From Antedon mediterranea (Eukaryota; Animalia; Echinodermata): DNA of 64,000 nucleotides. The translations under genes and the position numbers were made by a program. The DNA lies in NCBI RefSeq assembly GCF_964355755.1, contig NC_092676.1:8409888-8473887 (forward strand), given 5' to 3'. Below the pieces are notes generated by a model. The model was not told the origin of the DNA. It saw only the letters and a list, made by a program, of their open reading frames with translations, and did no database searches. How positions within the stretch are numbered: position 1 is the first letter of the stretch; each line of letters opens with the position of its first letter. This document shows positions 37,981-49,900 of the stretch, piece by piece.

Positions 37981-38483
37981 TCCTGACTAATCATTGTTAC
38001 TCTTTCGTTAAAGTAGGTTTCTTATTTATCTTTAAAAACATTTATCATATGGGAAGGGATACCGGTGATTAATAATGAATAGGCCTAGGCTAAGCTAGCC
38101 TAGCTAGGCTAGGCCTAGCTAGTAGTAGTAGGCCTAGTACGGTAGATCTCTCACCGTCCTAGCTAGGTAGGTAGGCGCCCGGGCCTACTAGTAGTATAGG
38201 CTAGGCCCTGTTAGGCGTGGCTAACCTAATAGGCTACCTACTAGCTAGTTAAAGTAAGGGCAGGCTGTACATACTTATTAGGCTTAGTAGGGAAGCAGGC
38301 AGATATAATTATAAGCCTTATGTGGGCTACAGTTGTTATCCCTCCAGGCTTCACAGATACACATATTAGTAATTACTTAATTTAATTCTTGGCTTCAATT
38401 GCATTTTTAAATTATTTCCTTTTTATTTCCACACAACTATTTTTAGATTTTCAATCTTGTTATATTCACTACCACATTATAAG

Positions 38484-41400
38484 ATGCCAAAACGAGAAGC
38501 AACTAACGAGCTGACTGATCGCAATTGGGATCAGGAAGATGAACCTGAAGAGGTAATTAAAATAACAAAATCATTTAATCAAGTGGAACCTCTCCTTTGG
38601 GAAACTTCTGTTAAGGGGACGCTTTCCTGTGAAAAATTAACAATAAGAAGGCCTGGCAATAATAATATACAGTGTGTTTTAACACTACGGCCAACCCCTC
38701 AATTATGAAACCCTTAAAATGATACATATATATACATTACACTACTATGTGTATGTGGTTCTGAAAGGAACTGTTGGGCTTCTTAATATTTATGCTTTGT
38801 TTGTCCTCAATAGTCCAGAAAATGGGGACACTCACAAGTAAGTTGGGTGGGTCTATGTGTGAAAACTAAAAGTATGGCAACAACAATAGTGGGAAAGGGA
38901 ATTAAAATTAGCTATATTAGCATTGTTTCTCATGGACAAAAAAAATGATAATTCATTAAAGTTTGCTTTTATCAGAGTCTGTTACAAATAATAACATAAG
39001 CCTCTGTCTATACTAGTCTATCATTCAAACTAGACAGCAAGTGTCGTGTGCCCAAATATGGTAGTGATGTGCCCTAATTTCGTAGTGATATGACGTCGTG
39101 TCCATATCACATCATATATTTTATCAAGTTGGATAGTGTGGACAGAGCTTAAGCATTTTAATTTCCATTTTTCTTTTATGTAGGCTGGTACCTTTCAAAA
39201 AGCAAATGTCGAGGATATTCAAAAACGTGTGATTAAGAAGGCAAGAAGAAAAGTAGCTGGGGCAAATGAGGTGAGAATCCTGATGTTAGTGACATCTACT
39301 AACAGTTATATGATGCAGAAGGCCATGGTTTAGCACTCCTAAAGGGCCTAAGAGACGCTGGATAGTTGCATTGGACTGCTCTGTGCCCTGGGTTTAGTCA
39401 TTTAGCGCTCGTAGCACTCCTAAAGGGCCTAAGAGACGCTGGATAGTTGCATTGGACTGCTCTGTGGCCCTGGCTTTAGCCATTAAGTGCTCATGGCCGT
39501 TACTGCCTACTAATGGTACTATCTGATTGCATTTATTCATATATATATATTCTTTTGAGGTGAGCAAGTGCGATCATTCACCTAACACACTCTTAAACTG
39601 CCCTTATGTGTGCGATTTAAAACACACTTAACTTAAAACTTCTAAGTTCTACACACCAAAATATAAACAGCACACCTACTCACCCCTGAATATATATTGA
39701 GGAGTGCAATTTGTATTTTCAAAAGACAAGGCCTGAATCCCATTGACAAAGTATACCCTCTGTTTGTTTTTAAGCCTAGTGTTTATTTCTTACTCAGTTT
39801 TAGATACTTGTTTGGAGCAATTTTTAATATTCCAGTAAATCTTGCCACAAAACCCAGTATAAAACTGATAATTACAAAAGACAAAAACTGATAATTACAA
39901 AAGACAAAAACTAGATAGTTAGTAGTGTGATGAATACATACAGTATATGAAGATAAATAATAATTAATATACATTAATTTATTTTAGGAAAGTACCGGAA
40001 CAGCGTTCAGGGCTTTCAAAGGTTTTTCAGGTTTTGGAAGTACATCTACATCAGCCCGTCCATCGCCCATGTTTAGCTCGTCAAATCCAAACGGTGATGG
40101 TAAACCTGCAGCTTCACCATTCAGCTTTAAACCCCAAACAAGTAAGCCTGCTGATTCCAAGACGTCTACAGGTAGTACCACACTTGAAACTAAATCATCC
40201 AATGGAAACCACACCACTGAATACTCAACACAGCTGAAAAGTTTAAACAAATGTGTCTTGGAATGGATTCAAAAACATATAAATCAGAATCCATTATGTG
40301 ACCTGTCTCCGATTTTTGAAGATTATAAAAAACACCTTTCAGACATTGAGAAAAACTCTAGTAAAACCGAAATTGAAGTTTCTAAAACGCCAGCCATTTC
40401 GCAGGAAACAACGGTTAAACCGAGTCCGCCGCAACAACCAGGATTCTCTGGGTTTTCATTTAATCCGGCTACCACGGAAAGTAAAACAGTGTCGTCAGCG
40501 TTTCCTGGATTAGGTAATAAAGATAACAATTCAACCGTGGGCTTATTTGGTAAAGTAGGTTCTACTGGTGGGTTTACTTTTGGACAAGGAGCAACTGAAA
40601 CAAAACCCATTGCATTTGGAACAGCAGCCAATAAAGGTGGGTTGCTTTACATATTGTATTATCATAGTGTAACATCAGGCCTTTTCTTTTGAGGTGAGTG
40701 AGTGCGATCACTCACCTAACACACTCCTAATCTGACCTTGAGGAGTGCGATTTACAACACACTTGAATTTGGTAAACTTCTACACACCAAAAAACAAAAA
40801 AGGCGCACCTACAGCACCCCTGAATATATTAAGGAGTGCAATTTGTAGCACACCTACAATTTCAAAAAGACAAGGCCTGTAACATATGATCGTATCGTGG
40901 TAGTAATCAATCACACTGAGTCTTGAAATCCGGCTTTAAACACAACACTGTATTGGGTTGTTCCAACATAACACAATCTGAAACATCAGTCTCTCCATCC
41001 TCAACACCCACAAGGTTTGAGCCCTATAGAGTCACATTCACTTACAGAGTTAGTTTTTAATGGTACAAGGCACCGTAGATATGTAATGATTTCAAAGAAA
41101 CAATCTGGCCCAGTTATGATCCAGACATCACTTGTATATGTGTCACTTGTTGTCTGTCTGTCTACTGTGACATATATCCTTGGGAAATCTCAGTTCATAT
41201 AGTAATCAATTGTTGATGTTTAGTTATTTTTGTTTTATCAATGTATACAATTTGTTTAACATTTTTCTGTGCAGAAGAAGACAAATATGAACCACCAAAG
41301 GCCGAGGTTAGGGAAATTAAAGAAAAAGATGCATTGTTTACTATCAGGTATATTCATTCTTTCAATGATTGAATGATACTTATTTTTTAACCATTGTGAT

Positions 41401-43309
41401 AACAGATTACAGCTAGAGTAAACAGTCAACAAGTCAAGCACTGTCTTTACAGAAGATTGTTTTATGCTGTACAATAACATGCCCAAATTTAACATACCAC
41501 GCCCACCCCCATCTCAACAATTATACATACCTCATTCACATGTGAGGACTGAATCCTATGTATTCAAAACTATATTTATAAGGGCGCGAGTAGCAGTGTG
41601 TTGGACTTTGGACACTTTACTTTACGTTTGCCTCTCTCCACCCAGGTGTACAAATGGGTACCGGGTAAGGTCAAGACACAACATTGCGCTGATTACTCGC
41701 TGCATTATGAGAGTATGTTTCCATACGTGTTTCACCACAAAATGACTGGGTAATAATATATACAGCGCTTAGAGGTTTCACAAGTCGAGGATATTATTTT
41801 TATGATGTTTGATTGATTTTTGTCTATGATGAGAATTCTATAGTGGTATGCACAAGTTGTTGTTATTGTTCTTTTTCTTCAGATGTAAGCTGTTCTATAA
41901 ATCTGGTGATGCTTTTAAAGACAAAGGTGTTGGTAACTTGCATTTAAAGAAGACAGGGACCGTTGCACAACTTCTCATCAGAGCTGATACAAATATAGGT
42001 AAGACTATCCTAACTAAGGTAATCATGCTTGAAATGGGTTGCCAGGATCATGCAGTTTTTTTACCCAATGTAAACTAAATTCGTTAGCTGGAAATGTTCT
42101 CTCAAGTTAACATAATTGACAGGAATTTCCAAGATCTGTGATTCAATCCTGACCTTGTGCCAAGGTTCAATCCTGACCTAGTGCCAGGGTTCAATCCTAA
42201 ACTAGTTCCAGGGTTTAATCCTGACCTAGCGCCAGGGTTCAATCCTGACCTAGTGCCGCAGCCAGAGTTCAATCCTAGACTAGTTCCAGGGTTCAATCCT
42301 GACCTAGCGCCAGGGTTCAATCCTAGACTAGTTCCAGCGTTCAATCCTGACCTAGTGCCAGGGTTCAATCCTGACCTAGTGCCAGGATTGTAACTCCACT
42401 ACTTAAGCCTTAAAAGAAACTTGTACTCTTTTCATACTTGCAAAAAGTAACAATTTGTATAAACAAGTTTATTTTTTGTAACCAGATTTGCATAATGTGA
42501 AGACAATTTTCTAGAAGGATCTCGGGAGAAAAACACAACGATGAGAGGCTTTTTTTGTTACGACATGTCCCGAGTTGTTATTGCGCGCGCTCCCTGGTAT
42601 TAAACTGAACAATCATAGTAATCAAATAGCGTGCAACTATGTTTTCTTCCGAGATCATGCGCATATGTAGCTTGTAAATTCTAACACTTTATGCAGGTGT
42701 GAAAAGCATTATATATTTTATCTATCCTGTAATTGGCAAGTTGTTTGATGTGTTGAAATAAAAAATATGCCAAACATTGTAATATAAAGTACTGCTGTTG
42801 TAGCAATGTATACTTAACAGAATTGTCTTGAAATTCTTGTAATATTTATAATATATATAAAGTTAATTGATCAGATGTTTGCCCTACTCTGACATAATTT
42901 GCTTGCGCTGATGACTGGGAGCTCAAAAAAGCAGAATGATAATTGTAAAGTAGAGCAAAATCTGACCAATTACTCAACTCCCTGATGAAAACCTACTTCA
43001 CAGTAGGTAAAATACAATTACATATATAGAATTGTTTATTCTTACACAGGAAATATTATTTTAAATATTGGACTGCCGCCAAATCTTCCACTCCAGCGAC
43101 AAGGTAAAAACAACGTAATGATGATCATTCCGCCAAACCCACCGGTCAGCAACAAATGTCCGCAGTGTAATAAGAAATATCCAAACCCTCAAGGAAGCAA
43201 CGTTTGCGAGACTGGTTGTGCCGCACAGCCCGTCCCACTTTTATTTCGGTTAAAGACAGCTGATGATGCTGATAAACTTCTTGAAGAAATAAAAAAGATT
43301 ATGAAATGA
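38484..43309 (+). CDS. NUP50: Nuclear pore complex protein Nup50; exons 38484-38552, 39184-39270, 39988-40636, 41275-41347, 41883-41998, 43050-43309 (1254 nt, 417 aa)
   Basis: The N-terminus MPKREATNELTDRNWDQEDEPEEAGTFQKA..IQKRVIKKARR is the Nup50 importin-alpha-binding motif. FG/FSF repeats follow, with a central LKSLNKCVLEWIQKHINQNPLCDLSPIFEDYKKHL. The C-terminal RanBD reads RCKLFYK..FKDKGVGNLHLK..QLLIRADTNIGNIILN..LFRLKTADDADKLL. All introns are GT-AG with matching phases; AATAAA lies near 43942. Confidence 0.96.
38999..39149. mobile_element. Family B MITE in Nup50 intron
   Basis: AGCCTCTGTCTATACTA...GGATAGTGTGGACAGAGCT|TAA. Confidence 0.7.
39331..39493. repeat. 81-bp tandem duplication in Nup50 intron
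   Basis: TAGCACTCCTAAAGGGCCTAAGAGACGCTGGATAGTTGCATTGGACTGCTCTGTG at 39331 and 39412. Confidence 0.9.
39551..39734. mobile_element. Family E MITE, left end truncated
   Basis: TCTTTTGAGGTGAG..GTGCGATCA..AAAAGACAAGGCCTG, matching 40676-40879. Confidence 0.7.
40676..40879. mobile_element. hAT-like MITE (family E) with 6-bp TSD
   Basis: TAACAT|CAGGCCTTTTCTTTT...AAAAGACAAGGCCTG|TAACAT. Confidence 0.8.
41582..41790 (+). mobile_element. SINE fragment with Nin/Deu-like core
   Basis: GACACTTTAC..CCTCTCTCCACCCAGGTGTACAAATGGGTACC and 3' AGCGCTTAGAG resemble conserved invertebrate SINE core and L2-type tail motifs (from recall). Confidence 0.55.
42139..42384 (+). repeat. 24-bp minisatellite (10 units) made of the family 2 SINE B-box segment
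   Basis: GGGTTCAATCCTGACCTAGTGCCA x10, followed by the SINE body TTGTAACTC. Confidence 0.9.
42424..42711. mobile_element. MITE (family D) inserted in the SINE remnant
   Basis: Imperfect TIR CTTTTCATACTTGCAAAAAGT / ACTTTATGCAGGTGTGAAAAG; an inverted relative lies at 51753-52058. Confidence 0.6.
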
Positions 43310-44879
43310 TCGAATGTTTGCTGAATTGTTTTAGTCCAGGTAGAAACACAAATCTAAACTATATACAATTATATTAAAATATAATAATAAATAACTAGAA
43401 AATAAATAGCTAATAATTTGAATAGCATAACTATTATTGTGAATAAACACTAGTTTAGTGTGTTGTAAACAATGTTAGATTTAGTGTGCATTTTTAATTG
43501 CAACAAAAATTGATTCTGATGTATTATTGTGGTCAGCAAACAGCATGTCAAATCTTTTAGATTATTTATCTTAAAATTTAAGATCAATTCCAAGACATAA
43601 ATTTTAAAATATTTTATCAAAAAACAAATTAGTTTTTTACTTGTAATTAAATAGTTTTTATTAACAGTTTTATGAATTAAAATCTGTATAATTGGGTTAT
43701 AGGCTTAAACTTTAAGTTTATTGAGAAATCACTTGATTTACAAAAAAACTGGTGGTTAGAATTCCATAAAAACAATTTGGGATGGTGCTTAACTTTATCT
43801 CGGAAACAAAATTGTATTTTTTTTATGTCTGTTTAATATTCATATGTTCTGTACAATTTTATTTAAATACAGTGTGCTTCCATGATTTGGTTATGTTGGA
43901 TTTTGTTAACATATTGTACAGAAGTTTTACTTTGTTGACTCAATAAAATATTATAAAATGGGAATAATTATATTGTAATAATAGAGATCAGATTTGTGTC
44001 TCTAAATTTTGAGCAACTAAATATATTTTAAGTTCAACCTGTCATTTTAATTAAAGTTTTAAATAAACATAATTTGTTGTGATGTTTGGATTTTACCGTG
44101 TAACTTATCTATTTTATAGTTGCCGCGTTTTTACGTCTGTTGGTAGGTAGACGCTCACGTGACTTTAGGGTTAGTATGACTATGACCCAAGGCAATTACG
44201 ACACTGCGCCCGGCTAAGATAGAAACGCGTGACATTCCTTTGATCTTGTGTCTGGCTGCGACAAATACAAATGGTACTGTACTATGTACATATTATCTAC
44301 AGCGCACGATGTTTGCTAAGAGGCGTGTCGCAGTCACAGATAAACACTTTGATCTCCAGAGCTCATCTTCCTGTTATATTGCCTTGGTACAACCTTCATT
44401 TGTTGATGGGAACTTTAATAACTATAAACTAAATTTTACCTTTCTGACGTTCTCATGACAATGATCATATCCCCTTTTCAACTATTTAATTTCCAAGTAA
44501 TTTTATTATACTATAGCGATTTATATATTTAAAAAATGACTAAAAGGGGGATTGAAATGTTTATTATACGTGAAATAATTGAATGTCTAAATTGCTCGAT
44601 TTTTTACAAATATTTATCTTTCGCGTCCCGTACCACGACCAATACACGTGTCAAAACTGCGCGCTATACATAGGTATTTAAAAGAAACAAAATGTGTAAA
44701 ATAACTGCGTTAAACTTTTGGCCTAATTGCGTTGTTTTATGTATTAGTTTTAGTAATGGATTTGATTGGTATGTTTTTAATTAATTTCTACCGATCGATT
44801 ACGGTTAATTTGGTACCGATATAAAATCGATAATAGGATATATAACGTTTTTCCCCATTTGTAGTTGTACTAACATTAA

Positions 44880-45209
44880 AGATGTATTTCCCCCTGAAAA
44901 ATAAGGTTTACATTTTTTTTAAATGCCATTTTTATGTCACATATCCACTTTAACCAACAGTTAGATTTAAACAAAATTTATTTACCTGAAAAAAAACCTG
45001 TAATTTAAAGAAAAAAATTGTAAAATTAGCTGCCAGCCAATTGATTTTTGGTTGAATTTAACAATTTGTTATGTTATTTTAGTGAAAACATCATTATTTT
45101 TTCCCGTTTTTTTTCTACCGAAAAGATCGACTATGATTAACTTTATTAAAAATCCAAAATAACCTATTAAAAGTCTTATTTTTTCATGTTTTGGGGGGAC
45201 AATACATCT
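44880..45209. mobile_element. Family A MITE
   Basis: TTAA|AGATGTATTTCCCCC...GGGGGGACAATACATCT|TTAA. Confidence 0.8.
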
Positions 45210-46933
45210 TTAAAAAACATTTAGTTTATAACTAATATTTACCACAATAATACTAAACAATATGGTTATAAATGATATGGTCCCTTTAGTTTAAATATCA
45301 TGCGAATGTTTTCCTTTCCTTTTTCCTTATTAAACTATATATCTAATAATTGTTTTGTTAGGGGTCTGATTGAGACAAGTTTAATACTTCTAAACCAGAT
45401 CCCAGCCAAAAGAAAATAAGTAGAAATGTTATGTTAAAATGTTTAATATTTATGTTAAATAATATGTTTTTTGGTTGAATAAATATTACGAAACTTCAAA
45501 CTTCAACTTCAATGTTGGTCCTATATTTCATAAATCGTATATATTACTTTTTATCGTTTTCTATATCCTTGCAATGTAATAAAAAATATATATTTTAAAT
45601 AAGAATAATCCTTGATATGGTTATAATTATTTTTAATTATAATTTTGTTATATATGTTATAGCGTTGGCATATATTTACCCCTTTTAATTAGCTTATTAA
45701 TAATCTACAGAAATTTGTTATTTCAGGTACATCGGGTTAAAATATTTCACTAAAATCATACAGGACGCCCTCAATTTTGCTAAGAAGTAGAGGCATGACG
45801 TCGACCACTAGCAATCCCACACGACTTAATAAAATCATTTTTAATACATGTAGGCCTACTGTACTTGTATTGAAAAAAAAAATTAAATTATTTAACAAAA
45901 TCAAACAAATTACAGTTTGGAAATTCCGATCGGGGAAGAGACTTTACAATTTAAATTTTTATAAAGAGAACGAAATTTATTTATTTTTTGGTAATAGGCT
46001 ACTTTAAATTATGAAACGACCGATATAAGATTAATAGTGTTAGTATTTTGTGTATTATTAATTAATAAATTATATACAATTTACTGCAAGATGTTGATTC
46101 ACAACGTAATTTACAATCAGTTAAATAGTTTTGTAATAAACTTAAATTGATTGTAATAAAAGATAATAAAATAGTCTTAATCTATTATTTTAGGCCCGGC
46201 TTATCGTTTTTTTTTTAACGGAAAATAGGTTTTTTTAGTAGAGATTTACATCATGAAACTTCCAACAATAAGCATTTTATTGTAGGATAAATTAGCAGTA
46301 TTTAAAAAATCTCGGCTAAAGGGATTGGTATCGGAAAAAACGTGAGTATTTTTTTTTTATCAAGCCTTTTCATCAACCACACCAACAGTATACCGTATTG
46401 AACAACTGCGCGTACCACACGAAGCTGGTGTCCTGCTGGTGGCGCTAGAAGTAGTGATTTTTACCACTTAGAAGAACCGAAAACGTCTTGACAAATTACA
46501 TTTTCTACGAATAGGACCATCTTGCTAACTAAATTGATAAATTTTCTTCATCTAACAATTGGAATCCAGGTATAAAAGAGTTACAAAACAGTTCAACATC
46601 CGGGGGTTCCAAAAAGAGGAACAAAACGAACAAAGTGTGGCGAATGTTATAATTGGAATAATTAAGTTCATCCGCCGGAGAAAGTAGGAGCAAAACTTTA
46701 TCATAAGGAAGAAATGTAATAATTCCATTACATAAAATATTAATAATTTATATTGTTTGTGTCATATTTACTACCTTTCGTTACAAAAGCAAATAAATAC
46801 CAATATTTTAGTAATATTTTATTATCAAAATTACTACGCTGATGCCACTGTACTGCGGTGATTTACCACTTTCCCGTTGTTTAGAGTAGGGACCGAACGG
46901 TCCAGTTTCATAAAAGCGGCAAAATTTTATGAA

Positions 46934-49900
46934 ATGGCGAATCCAGAGCTTGCCAAATTACAAGCCCAGCTAAGGAAAGAAATACAGAATCATCAGGTAT
47001 GTAAATGTTGTTATTTATTTCTTTTAAATTTATTTGTTGCATCAATTTACATTTTTTTAGCTGGTCGCTTCGAGTTTTTCATCGGCGGTGTGTTAGCGCC
47101 CCCATCTTTTTTTAAAGGGACAAACAAGAGAGTTCGTCCGTGTGGTGTGTGCGCGAAGCAACAACCTTTAGGGTTAGCTACTTTACAGAATAAAGGGCTC
47201 AGCTATCGAATGAATGATGGAATTTTCTCCGCTATAAATACAAATTAAAATCATAATAACTGTAAAGCAACTAACACGAAACCTGTTAATTTAACATAAT
47301 TTAATATTTAATAAAAGAAACTCCCAAGAAACAATTTCAAGAAATACACCTGCCCTGAATGAACAGTCCAGTCATACCAACCGGCAATATGAACTCTCTT
47401 CTTTCCATACTTTTTATCGTATACAGTACAAACTAATTTTTTTGTGTTATTGTGTTTTTTTAATGAAGTTAACTTTGAATTAGTTTATTAAATCACAGTT
47501 TGTTGTATTCTTGCGCTAGTTATCCCTACCATACCAGATTAATAATTTGTCTCGATTAAGAGAAATTTTGAACAGGTACCATAGTCAATACCAAATAATT
47601 TTTGCAAATTATTGTTTTAAATAATCTAATACTAATAGTATTTCATAGTAATGTATGATTGAGTATGCTTTTTAGGTGTTCACTGTATTATAATTTACCC
47701 ACATGTTTGTGATTTAGTTTTGACATGAATTTCCAAAAGGACTGATAAAATCTGAATCTGATGTAGTTTACATTTAACAATATAAAAAATACGAATATAA
47801 ATTATGATTTTATAAATGAGGTTTTTTGCAAAGGAACACGGGTGTATTTGTGCTGTGATCATTATTAGGAAATAGACCTAGGTCTATTTGTAATCATTGA
47901 CTAGAAATGGAAATTCCAAGTAAAAATCACAGTAATTTTTTTTAGTACAGGTGCAATTGTGAATTAACTTTCATGCTTATACAAGTCCTTGAAAACTACA
48001 CTTAACGGCAAAATGATGCCAAAATATTTTCTCTTTTTCCTGTTATAATAATAAAGAATAAAGAATTTTTTTGGGGGAAATTTTCGTTGCCATGGTAATG
48101 TTTCACTGTGTATTGAACGTGGCTCCAGAGTGATGTGGTTCTTAAGCTGTGATAATGTTTTGGAGTTTACTCTAGTTGTAGTATAATAACTCTATGGTTA
48201 CCAATACCACCAGTCACTGATGTTTTGTTTTTTGGATACAACCAACTTTCCCAACGGGACACATTTAAAGCCAATTTACACAAATAAGTGGTAACGATAA
48301 GCGGAAAAACCCGGAAACTGCCCGTCCACGTTATGTATGGTCATAAGGAATAACATAGATTATATGTTTTTATTACCGTTACCCCTTGTCTGTGTAAATT
48401 GGCTGTTTGGTTTTCTGAAAAGTCTGGTATTTAGAATGTGTTTTGAAATAGTGAACAAGAATGTTGTACCTTTTAGTCCTGAAGATAAGTATGATTTTGG
48501 TAGAGTTTCAGGTTTTCAAAGAGTTCGGTATTGGGAAAATTGACTGTATTATATTAATTAGCAATATGCCAAGATCACAGTGGAAATATGGTATATTCAA
48601 TGTTCACGTTTCTGTTTATACTGTACCGTCTATATATATTTTTATTTTGCAGTATGTTGTCGGAAGACTTAAGCGGGAGCCATTTGTAAGTACTCTATGA
48701 TGACCTTGGATTGTTCATCAACACATTTTAATGTTTGATGACCTTTGTAATTTGTTTGATACTCTCGCGCTTTCATTAATTCATGAAAAAGAGTGCAATG
48801 ACATGACCTTTTAAATCATTATATTTTCGGTTTAAGATCTTATTTGACACGACATGCTACACATGAGTAAGGTAGTCGTATTAGTGAATATGGCCAAGGA
48901 GTAGATGCAGGCCTTGTTTTTTTTTAATTATAGGTTTGCTACAAATTGCACTCCTCGATACATTCAGGAGTGCCGTACAGTACTGTAGGTGTGCTGTTTG
49001 TATTTTGGTGTGTAGAAGCATGTTGTAAATCACACTCCTCAAGGGCATTTTAGGAGTGTTTTTGATGAGTGATCGCACTCGCTCACCTTAAAAGACAAGG
49101 CCTATAGATGGCAAAAATTGTTAGGACTAGGGATAGATGGCAACATTTGACATGTTAAGATTAAGAGTAAGGAGTAGATTCCAAAAATAAAAGAGTACTT
49201 AAAAATACTGTATATTTCAACTGCACTGTAGCAAACCATTATACTATAGTTAGTTTTTGATCACATCGCGTTGAACAACATTTCAAAAATTGATGAAAAC
49301 CCTGGAGTAAAACCATAGAACCATTCAATCACATCCATTAATGCTCTAACTAATACTAAATGGTACATCAAATGGCACATCATGTTTATAAAAAGTACTC
49401 TGATATAAGAATGAACATCGTGCTGTCAGACCACTGACTACGGTGTAGTAAATTCAAGAAAAAAAAAGTTTTAGGAAAACCATAGACAAACATCGAAAAT
49501 GTTTCTTTAGTCTTTTGTAAATCTTTGAATTTAAAAAATTCTATTTAGCATAAAATGTCATAGCCTGAATGCATGTTTCTGTTATAAATCAATAATTTTG
49601 ACATTAAAGAATTTTTTTTCTACATTCATAGAATGCTGATTTGCGGAAGCAACTTAATGAACAACAGATGAAAATCCAAGCCTTAAGTGATAGACAGGTG
49701 AGACAAATAGTTTAATATTAAAGACCACACCCATCCAAGCCCACACCAATCCAAGACCACACCTATCCGCAACCACCACACCCATCCAAGCCCCGACACT
49801 CATCCAAGACCATGCCCATCCAAGCCCACACCGATCCAAGCCCACACCGATCCAAGCCAACACCCGTCCAAGCCCACACCCATCCAAGCCCACACCCATC

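Noticed and set aside
39311-39526. Intronic C/D snoRNA around the 81-bp duplication
   Set aside because: No canonical RTGATGA box or terminal stem; better explained as a local duplication.
39984-40631. Antisense and alternative-frame ORFs over Nup50 exon 3
   Set aside because: Shadows of the real coding frame with no independent features.
48086-48099. RFX X-box-like GTTGCCATGGTAAT, and a CTCF-like motif near 46432-46446
   Set aside because: Single imperfect motif matches without conservation or chromatin data.
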